Assembly: GCF_006345805.1 (NCBI RefSeq)
Contig: NC_043023.1
Coordinates: 11,036,001 to 11,100,000 of the forward strand
Length of the DNA: 64,000 nt
Direction of reading: 5' to 3'
Source of the DNA: Octopus sinensis
Taxonomy: Eukaryota
The notes beneath the pieces were generated by a model. It was given only the letters and a program-made list of their open reading frames with translations. It did not search any database and was not told the origin of the DNA. Position numbers and translations under genes: made by a program. Below, one piece after another: positions 11,156 to 24,286 of the stretch. Within the stretch, counting starts at the first letter, position 1, and every line of letters starts with the position of its first letter.

Positions 11156-12928
11156 GGTTAATATAGGGCGTAACAAATATCAGAAAATCAAAAAAAAAAT
11201 GTGTGTAATAGGTGTAAAACAACTTCCTATGAACGAATATGAAAAAAAAAATTCGCGCACGCGAAAGGGGGGTGGGGGAGAGGCCTCGGAATATTTATAT
11301 CGGGAATTTCCGAAAGCGTCTGAACCGGGCACAAAAACAAAAACAAAAACAGCGTAATAGGTGTAAAACAACTTGCTCTAAACGACTATCATGAAAAAAA
11401 TGCGCGCTCGCGAAAGGGGGGTGGGGGAGAGGCTTCGGAAATTTCACATCTTCAGTCCACGGCCTTTAAACTAAGAAAAAATAGTGTAATTGGTGTAAAA
11501 CTACTTGTTCTAAACGAGTATCAAGAACACACACTCACACATGAATCATAAACTCCGTATTTCGCAAAAAAAAAAAATAAAGAGAAGAAATTCTGGAAAA
11601 AGTGAAGAAATGTTGGATCTCATTCCTTGGTTAAAGCTATTTTAAACATTAAATTTATGCTTTTCTTTGAAATAGTTCAGATATATGCAATTCTTCTCAC
11701 TTATTAAGATGCATTTATCAGAAAAAAAGAGACAGAAAAAATTATTATTTTGTGTCAATCCTTCCCTAATTATCCTTTATTAATTAGTTTTGGCGTGTAT
11801 TTTTTTCCCAAATTTATTTTTTCACCTTTACAACACTGTTTAGTAAAGCAATTAATTATCTTTATAATTTGCATATTTGACTTATTAATCAAAATTCTCT
11901 AGATGTAATATATACTAAGTAATGCATCCTTCATTTATGTGTTCCGTTCTGTATTATGCATGCGTGACTGTTTGTATGTAAGTGTGTTTAACTGTGCACA
12001 TGAATGTGAATATTAAAGAACATATTTATTTACTATGATTGTTATTTTCAGAACAAATAAATCTTTTGGCTGTTATGTTATTGATGTTATTATTATTGCT
12101 AGTTAAAGGGTGGTGACTTGGCTGAATATTTTGAGTCTTGTAGTATGTAGTTGTGTTAGTCAATATTCTGAGTTCAAATCCAACTCATTTCTTTATCATC
12201 ATTATCGATGGACCACTCAAAGAGGTATGTATACATTATCATTTTCGTAACATAATTTCTGTAGTATTTCAAGATGTTTCTGACACGTATTTTGATTCAC
12301 ATGGCGGAGATCCAACATTTCTTCACTTTTTCCAGAATTTCTTCTCTTTATTTTTTTTTTTTGCGAAATACGGAGTTTATGATTCATGTGTGAGTGTGTG
12401 TTCTTGATACTCGTTTAGAACAAGTAGTTTTACACCAATTACACTATTTTTTCTTAGTTTAAAGGCCGTGGACTGAAGATGTGAAATTTCCGAAGCCTCT
12501 CCCCCACCCCCCTTTCGCGAGCGCGCATTTTTTTCATGATAGTCGTTTAGAGCAAGTTGTTTTACACCTATTACGCTGTTTTTGTTTTTGTTTTTGTGCC
12601 CGGTTCAGACGCTTTCGGAAATTCCCGATATAAATATTCCGAGGCCTCTCCCCCACCCCTCTTTCGCGAGAGCGCATTTTTTTTTGTCATATTCGTTTAG
12701 AGCAAGTTGTTTTACACATATTACACTATTTTTTTTTGTTTTGGTGCCCGGGTCAGCTCCTCAGACGCTTTCGGAACTTCCCGATGTGAATTTTCCGAGG
12801 CCTCTCCCCCACCCCCCTTTCGCGTGCGCGAATTTTTTTTTTCATATTCGTTCATAGGAAGTTGTTTTACACCTATTACACACATTTTTTTTTTGATTTT
12901 CTGATATTTGTTACGCCCCATATTAACC
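11156..12928. mobile_element. Long-TIR (foldback-like) non-autonomous DNA element, copy A, 8-bp TSD CTTAAAAG
   Basis: Termini GGTTAATATAGGGCG..CGCCCCATATTAACC; TSD at 11148-11155 and 12929-12936; inverted arms ~11156-11620 and ~12308-12928 around an AT-rich spacer. Confidence 0.9.
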
Positions 12929-13333
12929 CTTAAAAGATATGCACTGGTAGAGTTAAGAGTGAAGGTGAATAATATGCGCGCTCAGTATTTAAGGTTAGGG
13001 TTTCGCCGAAAACGGGTGGTGTGCGTATTCTTTACCTCCGACAGGGTTGAGTAATGTCTGAGGTTTCGGTCAATGGCTGGTTGGAGTCAAGATATTAGGT
13101 AGTATATCTCGACTTTACACACAGAGAAAAACTAACCCTACGAGTATTTAGCGCCCGAGGGGCTTGCCCACCTTACACCTTACTTTAAATAATACGTTGT
13201 GGGTATAGGGCAGTTTCCAGAAGAAAAAAAAAAGTAATATAAAATGCTTATGTATTTGTATTATTTGTCTATAAAATAAATATAAGATTTTAAAATGTCA
13301 GCTTTTATTATATTCGTTATATATATTGTGAGT

Positions 13334-13538
13334 TATACTAGCCATCTCAAAATGTCTAACCACTAAGGGTGGGTGTTACTGTAGCTTGTATCCCCAGGAG
13401 AACATCGTCTCCAGCTGGCTTTAGGCACACTTTCTGTGCCCTTATGCCTAAAGCCAGCTGGAGACGATGTTCTCCTGGGGCTACAAGCTACAGTAACACC
13501 CACCCTTAGTGGTTAGCCATATTGAGATGGCTAGTATA
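13334..13538. mobile_element. Near-perfect ~205-bp hairpin MITE (duplicate at 27776-27980)
   Basis: tatactagccatctcaa...ttgagatggctagtata; arms of ~90 bp. Confidence 0.85.
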
Positions 13539-14388
13539 CCTCACATTGTCGTGCAGTTTACTGTTTACACCTCGTTCAGAGATTTATTATTGTTATATAT
13601 ATTATTACCGGTATAAATGAATATTACTAATCCCTGGCACATTGGGGGGAAAAAAAAGGAACTGCCTCTAGATAGTTTAGGAAGCACTATTCTAGGGTGT
13701 CCTAACAGGTTTTAGATTCCAATTGGTGAAAAGGTCACAGCCATCTTGGGTTTTTTCATTTACTTCGATTGTACATATAACACAGGACTCTTTCAGTTTC
13801 TGTCTTCCAAATCCACTCACAGGCTTTCGTCGACGAGGGGCTATAGTAGAAAATACTTGCCCAAGATTCCACCGTGGGACTGAGGCAGGACCGTGTTGTT
13901 GAAAAGCAAGAGTCTTACCACAGGGCCACGCCCTTGTATTAAACGATTTCAAAATATCACTGTTTGATTTGACCTCATTATTAAAAGGCGGCAAGTTAGC
14001 AGAAACGTTAGGGTGCAGGGCAAAATTCTGAGCGCCATTTCGTCTGTTTTTACGTTTTGAGTTCAAATGCTGCCGGAGGTTTCTTAGCCTCTCATTGTTC
14101 TAGTGTTGTTGAAATAAGTACTAGTTAATACTTATTTCTTTACGACAGACAAGGGGCTAAACACAGAGAGGACAAACAAGGACAGACAAACGGATTAAGT
14201 CGATTATTTCGACCCCAGTGCGTAACTGGTACTTAATTTATCGATCCCGAAAGGAAGACAGGCAAAGTCGACCTCGGCGGAATTTGAACTCAGAACGCAA
14301 CGGCAGACAAAATACGGCTACGCATTTCGCCCGGCGTGCTAACGTTTCTGCCAGCTCGCCGCCTCTTTGCCAGGGGCAATATAATCGA

Positions 14389-14710
14389 GGTACTACTAGC
14401 GAACAGTGGTCCCGTCCCGGTGGGTGCACACACGCAGTCGCGCCTCCGCGCTAGCTAGTCGTGACTAGTCGACCCTACAACGGCTACCTAGCAAAGTAAA
14501 TAAAACACAAAATAAATAATTTTTTTACACAAAGCAAATAATTTTTGTTAAACAAAGTAAATAAAACACAAAAACACGAAGTAAATAATTTTTTAATTAA
14601 AGTAAATAAAACGCAAAAACAAAGTAAGGATCGACTAGTCATGACTAGCTGGGTGCGGATGCGCGAGTACGCAAGAGCGCGCACCGGGACCACTGTTCGC
14701 TAGTAGTACC
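14389..14710. mobile_element. TIR MITE with GG..CC termini (duplicate at 28845-29166)
   Basis: GGTACTACTAGCGAACAGTGGTCCC ... GGGACCACTGTTCGCTAGTAGTACC, with an A-rich core. Confidence 0.85.
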
Positions 14711-15269
14711 TATTTCTTTATTACCCACAAGGGGCTACACACAGAGGGGACAAACAAGGACAGACATAGTTATTAAGTCGATTACATCAACCCAGTGCGT
14801 AACTGGTACTTATTTAATCGACCCCGAAAGGATGAAAGGCAAAGTCGACCTCGGCGGAATTTGAACTCAGAACGTAGCGCTAGTATTACCTATAATCTCC
14901 TCCCTGAAATTGCTGATCTTGTGCCAAAATTTTAAACCAGTATTACAACGGCCACGTTTCGTTTTGTAGTGTGGCCAAATGGCGGATGTGCGCACAATGA
15001 GTCCCACCCATTTGACTGACCTTTCCGGATTTGGTTTTTTATCCGGATTCCTATGCTTTCGAAGACGGTGATTCCGTCATCGAAAAACCATGTTTTCAAA
15101 ATTTTTAACCCCGCAATTTTTTATTTTAAACTTTTTTTCGAAATCTTTTTTTCAATCTACGTGAAAAAATACGGAGATTAAAAATATGGGAGGGGATGGG
15201 GAAAATAAATTTTGGCGATCCTTCGGTAAGTGGCTTAGTTTACATTTCTGAAGATAACAGAAACCCTTT

Positions 15270-15945
15270 TCTCCTAAACTTATCACAAACCCTAACCCTA
15301 ACCTTTTCCTTTTGAATGGCAGACAATTTCTAGTTAACTAAACACTTTAAAACTTCGTATACTGGTAGAATGTGTCAAAATAAAACATTTTTTTTTGTCT
15401 TGGCTCTCTTGAGAAAATTGTAATTTGTTTGTTTAACGTAGTTTAATTTTTCGAATTTAAACCAATCCTATGCTCTCTTTTCAGCTAAAATCATTTGCTG
15501 CATCTAAAACTGAGACAACATCCTGTAACTAACCCTAAACCTGCCCCCTAACCCTAATTTTTTTTTTTATTAATTGTTACGAGTGTAAAAAAAACTAAAG
15601 CAATGGGATTAAATTAACAATTAAGAAAAAAAATCTAGGGTTAGGGTTAGGGGGGAGGTTTAGGGTTAGTGACAGGATGTTGTCTCAGTTTTAGACGCAG
15701 CAAATGATTTTAGTTGAATGGAGGTAATCGATTGGTTAAAATTACCGAAATGCTCAGATTTTCAGACGAAATATCAAACAAACTATAGAATTTTCTCAAA
15801 GCCAAGAGAAAAAGATGTTTTATAAACACATTCTACCAGTATACGAAGTTTAAAAGTGTTTAGTTAACTAGAAATTGTGTTGACATCTGCCGTTCAAAAG
15901 GAAAAGATCCCCCTTTTCTCCTAACCCTAACACAAACCCTAACCC
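15270..15945. repeat. Foldback repeat containing TTAGGG/CCCTAA-like motifs (duplicate ~29730-30425)
   Basis: Arms ~15310-15560 and ~15630-15905 are reverse complements; short aaccct and agggtt runs. Confidence 0.75.
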
Positions 15946-17053
15946 CCCATATATAAAAAAAACAAACACTTTCTTGAAATGTATCCGGTACTTATAACGA
16001 AGTTACGCCCAAATTCTAATTGCAAATTTTTTTATGAAAAACTCCAAAATTTGTCCACTCCATCCCGCTGTTTAAAAGTGAAAATGAGCGAATGTTTTGT
16101 CCGTTTCTGCATGCGTTGATTTATGGTGAAAAACAGCAAAAGGACTATGGCACGTGAAGCCCTCACCACGAAACTCGATATGCTAAAAATAACAGCTTAA
16201 TGCCTTTTTTACTCTTTTACATGTTTCAGTCATGCTGGAGCACCGCCTTTAATCAAGCAACTCGACCCCGGGACTTATTCTTTTGTAAGCCCAGTACTTA
16301 TTCTATCGGTCTCTTTTGCCGAACCACTAAGTGATGGGGACATAAACACACCAGCATCAGTTGTCAAGCAATGCTAGGGGGACAAACACAGACACACAAA
16401 CACACACACTCATATATATATATATATACACATATATACGACAGGCTTCTTTCAGTTTCCGTCTACCAAATCCACTTACAAGGCATTCGTCGGCCTGAGG
16501 CTACAGTAGAAGACACTTGCCCAAGGTGCCACGCAATGGGACTGAACCTGGAACCATGTGGTTGGTTAGCAAGCTCCTTACCACACAGCCACTCCTGCGC
16601 CTGGAGAATTTTTGTGTTTGTGTGTATGTGTTTGACTGAGGACTGGCCAGCCAGTAGGCTGCACCAGGCTCCAATCTGATCTGGAAAGGTTTCTACAGCT
16701 GGATGCCCTTGCTAATGCCAACAACTCCCAGAGTATAGTGGGTGCTTTTTACTTGCCTCTGGCATGGGAGCCAGTCAGGCTGCACTGTATATTACTTATA
16801 CATGTGTGTGTGTGTGTGTGTGTAGATTTATATACATATGATGAGCTTTTTAAAAAATTGTTTTTGTTTATTTTTCTAGCGCCTGTCTTTGAAAAAAGAC
16901 ATGGCGTTTATTCAGATTATGAAGAAAATTATTCAAGGTGACATTGAATATGTTGAAAAATTTATTCAAGAAAATAAAGTAAGTTAAATTTTCTGATGTT
17001 TTGTCAGAATTGATTATTTGTATATTATTTTATACTTAGTATTAAGAGTTCCT

Positions 17054-17383
17054 GTGAAGGCACATGGCTCAGTGGTTAGAGCATCGAGCTTACAATCGTG
17101 AGGTTGTGAGTTCGAATCCCGGACCGGGCTGTATGTTGCAAGACACTTTATTTCACGCTGCTCCATTTAACTCAGCTGTAGAAATGAGTTGCGACATCAC
17201 AGGTGCCAAGCTGTATCGGCCCCTTTGTCTTTCCCTTGGATAACATCGGTTGTATGGAGAGGGGCAGCTGGTATACATGAGCGACTGCTGGCCTTCCATA
17301 AACAACCTTGGCTAGACTTGTACCTTGGAGGGTAACTTTCTAGGTGCAATCTCATGATCATTCATGACCGAAGGGGGTCTCCC
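17054..17383 (+). mobile_element. SINE family 4 (tRNA-derived head), 14-bp TSD (duplicate at 31529-31858)
   Basis: tggctcagtggttagagc ... gagttcgaatccc boxes; TSD tattaagagttcct at 17040-17053 and 17384-17397. Confidence 0.9.
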
Positions 17384-18319
17384 TATTAAGAGTTCCTAGG
17401 AGAGCAAGCTGGTAGAATTGTTTGCACATTGAGCACATTTTGTTCATCTTTGTCCTGAGTTCAAATTCCACCAAGGTTAGCTTTGCATTTATCCTTTCAG
17501 GGTTGATAAAATATATAACAATCAAGCTCTGGGGTCAATGTAATCTACTTGCTTCCTCCCCTGAAACTGCTGGCCTTGTGCCAAAATTTGAATCCAGTAT
17601 TTGGGGTTCTTAATTAATTGCATATATTTGTCTGTGATATTTTATTTGTCTTCAAATCTTACCTCTTCATCATTATTAGTTTTTATAAATTGTTAATGAA
17701 ACCTTGAGTCATGCCACAGTCGATGGAATGGGAGTGTGGAAGCTGGTCATCATATTCTGAGAGGAAATATTCAGTCAAAGAGATGAGAGCTAGATGGAAC
17801 CAATAGACAAGTTCCCCTGCCTCACACAGTTGAACGTTTTAAGAAATGTTCCATACTAAACATGAACCAATGACGAAATATATGGAATTCTAGCCTGGAG
17901 GGGGTTTTCGTATTAATTGTTTGGACTTTGTGAACACATACCAATTGTTTTTATAAGATTTTTAACGCTTTGAATTAAATGTGACCATTTTGCAAAGCCA
18001 GGCAATACTGCTAGTTGTGTATATATTTTTTCATTGTGTTGTATGGCATACTGAAAGATGTCTTGTACTCTTCTATATTTTAACATTCATCGATTTTCTC
18101 GCAGCTCAACATAGACAAACTTTCCATTATAGTCGTGGCATGCTATCTAGCAGAACAAGGTACAAACTTCTATCATCGAAACAACACCAATGCCACACCA
18201 CTTGATGTCTCTGAGGACACAAATTTAAAAGAGGAACTGAAAACATTTGTTTCAACTAGGTAAGTGATGTACTAAACCTTGCAAAATAAACCAGTGAGTT
18301 GTTGTGTCTTTTGTTTTTG

Positions 18320-20380
18320 TGCTTGAGAAAACCCGGCAAGCCAAATGAGACCATAACCTCATGGCCTATGCCAGGGGCAGAACCAGCCCACTTATGTGTA
18401 CCTTTCCTTCTTTGGACACTAAACTCTGCTTGCGAAGACCTGTTGAGGCAAGTGAAATCAAAATCAAATTCGATGACTGGCATCTGTGCTAGTGGGGCGT
18501 AAAGAGCACCATATTAGCGTGATCCTTGACACAGCAGCTAACTGGCTTCCGTGTCAGTGGCACATAAAAGGCACCATTCAAGCGTGATCTTACCAGTGTC
18601 GCCTTATTGGCACATGTAAAAACATTCGAGCGAGGTTGTTGCCAGTACCACCTGACTGGCGCCTGTGCCGGTGGCACGTAAAAGCACCCACTACACTCTC
18701 GGATTGGTTGGCGTTTGGAAGGGCATCCAGCTGTAGGAACTCTGCCAGATCAAGACTTGTTCTAAACGAGTATCAAGAACACACACTCACACATGAATCA
18801 TAAACTCCGTATTTCGCAAAAAAAAAAAATAAAGAGAAGAAATTCTGGAAAAAGTGAAGAAATGTTGGATCTCATTCCTTGGTTAAAGCTATTTTAAACA
18901 TTAAATTTATGCTTTTCTTTGAAATAGTTCAGATATATGCAATTCTTCTCACTTATTAAGATGCATTTATCAGAAAAAAAGAGACAGAAAAACTTATTAT
19001 TTTGTGTCAATCCTTCCCTAATTATCCTTTATTAATTAGTTTTGGCGTGTATTTTTTTCCCAAATTTATTTTTTCACCTTTACAACACTGTTTAGTAAAG
19101 CAATTAATTATCTTTATAATTTGCATATTTGACTTATTAATCAAAATTCTCTAGATGTAATATATACTAAGTAATGCATCCTTCATTTATGTGTTCCGTT
19201 CTGTATTATGCATGCGTGACTGTTTGTATGTAAGTGTGTTTAACTGTGCACATGAATGTGAATATTAAAGAACATATTTATTTACTATGATTGTTATTTT
19301 CAGAACAAATAAATCTTTTGGCTGTTATGTTATTGATGTTATTATTATTGCTAGTTAAAGGGTGGTGACTTGGCTGAATATTTTGAGTCTTGTAGTATGT
19401 AGTTGTGTTAGTCAATATTCTGAGTTCAAATCCAACTCATTTCTTTATCATCATTATCGATGGACCACTCAAAGAGGTATGTATACATTATCATTTTCGT
19501 AACATAATTTCTGTAGTATTTCAAGATGTTTCTGACACGTATTTTGATTCACATGGCGGAGATCCAACATTTCTTCACTTTTTCCAGAATTTCTTCTCTT
19601 TATTTTTTTTTTTTTGCGAAATACGGAGTTTATGATTCATGTGTGAGTGTGTGTTCTTGATACTCGTTTAGAACAAGTAGTTTTACACCAATTACACTAT
19701 TTTTTCTTAGTTTAAAGGCCGTGGACTGAAGATGTGAAATTTCCGAAGCCTCTCCCCCACCCCCCTTTCGCGAGCGCGCATTTTTTTCATGATAGTCGTT
19801 TAGAGCAAGTTGTTTTACACATATTACGCTGTTTTTGTTTTTGTTTTTGTGCCCGGTTCAGACGCTTTCGGAAATTCCCGATATAAATATTCCGAGGCCT
19901 CTCCCCCACCCCTCTTTCGCGAGAGCGCATTTTTTTTTGTCATATTCGTTTAGAGCAAGTTGTTTTACACATATTACACTATTTTTTTTTTGTTTTGGTG
20001 CCCGGGTCAGCTCCTCAGACGCTTTCGGAACTTCCCGATGTGAATTTTCCGAGGCCTCTCCCCCACCCCCCTTTCGCGTGCGCGAATTTTTTTTTTCATA
20101 TTCGTTCATAGGAAGTTGTTTTACACCTATTACACACATTTTTTTTTTGATTTTCTGATATTTGTTACGCCCTATATTAACCCTTAAAAGATATGCACTG
20201 GTAGAGTTAAGAGTGAAGGTGAATAATATGCGCGCTCAGTATTTAAGGTTAGGGTTTCGCCGAAAACGGGTGGTGTGTGTATTCTTTACCTGGTGCAGCC
20301 ATCTGGTTCGCCAGCCCTCAGTCAAATCGTCCAACCCATGCTAGCATAGAAAGCGGACGTTAAACGATGATGATGATGCT
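18320..20380 (+). mobile_element. RTE 3'UTR/VNTR element interrupted by a templated insertion
   Basis: Intact counterpart at ~32796-33330. Confidence 0.8.
18758..20288 (+). other. 1531-bp templated insertion copied from 11506-13034
   Basis: Constant ~7252-bp offset to the donor; absent from copy 2; ACT and CCT microhomologies at the junctions; 4 bp (ggag) lost. Confidence 0.9.
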
Positions 20381-20598
20381 TATTGTCACTTGTGCCAATA
20401 CATTTGTTACTGCTAATACTTCTTTCCATAACTCTACTGATTAAAGAAGGAACTGTGTTGGTATCTTGATTAAATAGAGGTCAGTGTGTGTATGTTGCTC
20501 CCCGTATTACCTTTAATGATCCATTTCCCTGATTAACATTGGAAGAGTGAAGAAATGCTGATAAATCAAGAGTCATCCATACAAGAAACAACAGTTAA

Positions 20599-21058
20599 CC
20601 CTTTTGATACAAATCCGGCTGTTCTCTGGCTCTGAGAACAAATGTCTTGTTTTCATAAGTTTTGAATTAAAGTCTTCCACCAAATCTTAATCACAATTTA
20701 TGTTCCTAACACTAGCTTAATGATAACTAAGTTATTTTACTAAATTCTTTGTCAAATAAAATTGAAAGAAACAGAGCATCGCGACAGAAATATGGTAACA
20801 AAAGGCTTAAAATATATAATAGAGAAACAATTCTTAACCCTTTTCATACCAACCTGGCTGAAACCAGCTCTGGCTCTGAGTACAAATGTCTTGTTTTCAT
20901 AAGTTCTGAATTAAAATCTTCCCACCAAACATCAATCACAATTTATGTTCCTAACACTAGTTTAATGATAACTAAGTTATTTTACTAAATTCTTTGTTAT
21001 ATTTAAAGCAATTGAAAGAAACAGAGAGCATCCCAAAATAAATACAGTAACGAAAGGA
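20599..21058. mobile_element. Two adjacent ~210-bp piggyBac-like MITEs (duplicate ~33548-34007)
   Basis: TTAA-CCCTTTT starts and AAAGG(G/C/A)-TTAA ends. Confidence 0.65.
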
Positions 21059-21416
21059 TTAAAATAAGGGATTGACAAAATCTAAGAGGGAACAGTAATG
21101 ATGGTACAAGTTGTTGTCCATCAAGCTTTAAGAAACAACGGAGCTAGCTTAATCTTTAATCACTGGATCACAAATCTATTTATAAATTACAACATTTCAA
21201 TGAGATCTACACAGAATCACATCTCCTCAAGTAATTATCAAAACCCCTGTTAATCATTATAGATCATCTTATTTCACTATTTGATTTGGATTACCTTTGT
21301 AGAATCTCTTTATTACTCTTTTATTTGTTTCTGTCATATGACTGTGGCCATGCTGGAGCACCGCCTTTGGTCAAGTTGCGCCGCAGGGTCTTGGAGGAGA
21401 TAGTGTTAGTTGAAGG

Positions 21417-21644
21417 TGGCGAGCTGGCAGAATCGTTAGCACAGTGGGCGAAATGCGTGGCCGTATTTCGTCTGCCGCTACGTTCTGAGTTCAAATTCCG
21501 CCGAGGTCGACTTTGCCTTTCATCCTTTCGGGTCGATTAAATAAGTACCAGTTATGCACTGGGGTCGATGTAATCAACTTAATCCGTTTGTCTGTCCTTG
21601 TTGGTCCCTTCTATGTTTAGCCCCTTGTGGATAGTAAAGAAATA
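21417..21644 (+). mobile_element. SINE family 1 monomer with 15-bp TSD
   Basis: TSD agtgttagttgaagg at 21402-21416 and 21645-21659. Confidence 0.9.
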
Positions 21645-22734
21645 AGTGTTAGTTGAAGGCTACCAAACCTGACACACACAGACGACTTCAGCTTTTTGTA
21701 TATATAGATTTCATCCCTAAGCAAGCATGTAATCGAGCCTAAATGGTTGAGTGTGTATGCATGGTCAAGAAGTTAAAGAGTTTGCTTCAGAATCCTGAAG
21801 GTCCTGGTTCAATTTTTAAAATACACTACATAAGATAGAGCAAGAGACAGTCTTCAGGAAAGTTGGGATAAAAAGTGTTAAAGTTCTACTTTTCTATCAC
21901 TTTTTCTAAAGAACATTTACTCTTACTCTTTACTATTTTTACTTGTTTCAGTCATTTGACTGCGGCCATGCTGGAGCACCGCCTTTAATCGAGCAACTCG
22001 ACACCGGGACTTATTCTTTTGTAAGCCCAGTACTTATTCTATCGGGCTCTTTTGCCGAACCGCTAAGTAACGGGGACATAAACACACCAGCATCGGTTGT
22101 CAAGCTATGCTAGGGGGACAAACACAAACACACAAACACACACACGCATATATATATATATACATATATACGACGGGCTTCTTTCAGTTTCCACCTACCA
22201 AATCCACTCACAAGGCATTGGTCAGCCCGGGGCTATAGCAGAAGACACTTGCCCAAGGTGCCACGCAGTAGGACTGAACCCGGAACCATGTGGTTGGTAA
22301 ACAAGCTACTTACCACACAACCACTTGACTAATTTTTTTGTGAATTGTCTGATTCTAATATTTCTAATAAAATATACAGACACGGAATTGTATATTTCTC
22401 ATTTCAGATGGATCCCAAGTTAATGTCATAGATTCCTGTCAGGTTCCCAGAGATGAATTTATGAGATTACAACTCAGAGAATAAACCAAATGTACAATAT
22501 GTCAGCAGAGACGTTGGAACATAGTCTTTCAATGTGGCCACGCCTCATGTAAAGAATGTGGAGAACAACTCAGTTATTGCCACATGTGTTGGTAACCTTT
22601 GAACAAAAGGATTGTTATATATTGACCATCTTTATTCTGGTTTTCTCTTTGCTTTATTGCTCGCCAATCTGAGAACTACCCCTGATCACATTAACCAGAC
22701 AGCCACGTCCACCCTGTATGAGTTGGAACTTTAA

Positions 22735-23318
22735 CCCCCTTACCCAACAATTATTTTGAAAATAAATGTATTTTTTCAGACATATTTTTTAATTGTTTTA
22801 TTTTACTATGTTTTGAATGGTGATTTTGAGGTATATTTCAAACCTTATTTATTATGAATTTTAATTCAATAATATTGATTTTAAATTACCGTTGTGGGCA
22901 GAAACGAGTTAACCGGTTTTTTTCATAAATCATATTACTTTTACAAAAAATCATGTTATTTTATTTGGTTATCGACATGGTGGGGTTATAATATAAAGGT
23001 ATAAAAAAAACAACGTAAAAACAAAGTGAATACTTCTATTCATAAAATGTGCCTTCCAACCCTTCGACTGTCTCCAGGTGACTAAATCATACTCGGTCTT
23101 CAATGCCTTACTCAAGCGAAAGGTGGCAGAAATCGTCACTGCCAGACGTATAAAGTGAGCGAATATACTCGTATATGTCAAAAACGAGTTTATAATAGAC
23201 AAAGGAACTCGTTTGCTGTCGATTTTGGCGAGTCTATCTTTTGACGAGTTAACTCGCCAGAGATAGAAAAAAACGATTTCGGTCAAAACGCATATATTCG
23301 TTTCTGCCGGGTAAGGGG
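22735..23318. mobile_element. piggyBac-like MITE (duplicate at 35676-36261)
   Basis: TTAA-CCCCTTACCC ... GGGTAAGGGG-TTAA. Confidence 0.8.
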
Positions 23319-23507
23319 TTAACACGTTTCTGAACATTTTTACCAAACAAGAGAAAACTAAGAATATTTTAACAATATCATGAAGATTAATAAACCATTT
23401 GTGCATTTGTATCCTGTTCTTTTATAGCATGCACAAATGTGTGTGCTATAAAAATCACAAATAATGAGCAAAATTTGAAGCAGGTCTCTTTTTTTATTTT
23501 TCGTTTG

Positions 23508-23940
23508 AAAATCAAAATCGAAATCAATCAACATCAATGGAAATTGTAGCTGTGATACCAGTGCCGGTGGCACATAAGAGGACCATCCAAACGTGGCTGT
23601 TGCCAGCACTGCCCCAACTGGCCTCCGTGCCGGTGGCACGTAAAAAGCACCATCCGATCGTGGCCGTTTGCCAGCCTCGTCTGGCACCTGTGCAGGTGGC
23701 ACGTAAAAAGCACCATCTGATTGGGGCCGTTTGCCAGCCTCGTCTGGCACCTGTGCAGGTGGCACGTAAAAAGCACCCACAACACTCACGGATTGGTTGG
23801 CGTTAGGAAGGGCATCCAGCTGTAGAAACACTGCCAGATCGAACTGGAGCCTGGCGCAGCCTTCTGGCTTCCCAGATCCCGGTCGAACCGTCCAACCCAT
23901 GCTAGCATGGAAAACGGACGTTAAACGATGATGATGATCG
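23508..23940 (+). mobile_element. RTE 3'UTR/VNTR element (duplicate ~36452-36946, one extra 63-bp unit)
   Basis: (AAATC)n, 63-bp units, terminal domain, (GAT)n tail. Confidence 0.8.
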
Positions 23941-24254
23941 TAATGATGCAGTTTCCCTCCTGTGAATATGTCAGTTTAGGTTCATGTAACTACTACAAGA
24001 TAAATTTACCACAGATGTACGATTTAGTGTACTCTCTTTACTCTTTTACTTGTTTCAGTCATTTGACTGCGGCCATGCTGGAGCACCACCTTTAATCGAG
24101 CAACTCGACCCCGGGACTTATTTTTTTGTAAGCCCAGTACTTATTCTATCGGTCTCTTTTGCCAAACCACTAAGTAACGGGGACATAAACACACCAGCAT
24201 CGATTGTCAAGCAATGCTAGGGGGACAAACACAGAAACACAAACACACACACTC

Positions 24255-24286
<32 letters not shown>

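Noticed and set aside
12929-12936. Reading the TTAA-CCC / GGG-TTAA at the long-TIR element ends as piggyBac boundaries
   Set aside because: The 8-bp direct repeats outside GGTTAA..TTAACC match at both independent insertions (A and B), so the TTAA lies inside the TIR.
15525-15670. Telomere-telomere fusion site
   Set aside because: Only 2-3 imperfect repeats, embedded in the arms of a foldback repeat with unique sequence between them.
17054-17130. tRNA-like sequences (also 59520-59595 and the other SINE heads)
   Set aside because: They have A and B boxes but no complete acceptor stem, and they continue into SINE bodies flanked by TSDs.
22969-23406. 145-aa ORF as a piggyBac transposase remnant
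   Set aside because: No recognisable catalytic motifs, and it is broken into two ORFs in the duplicate copy.
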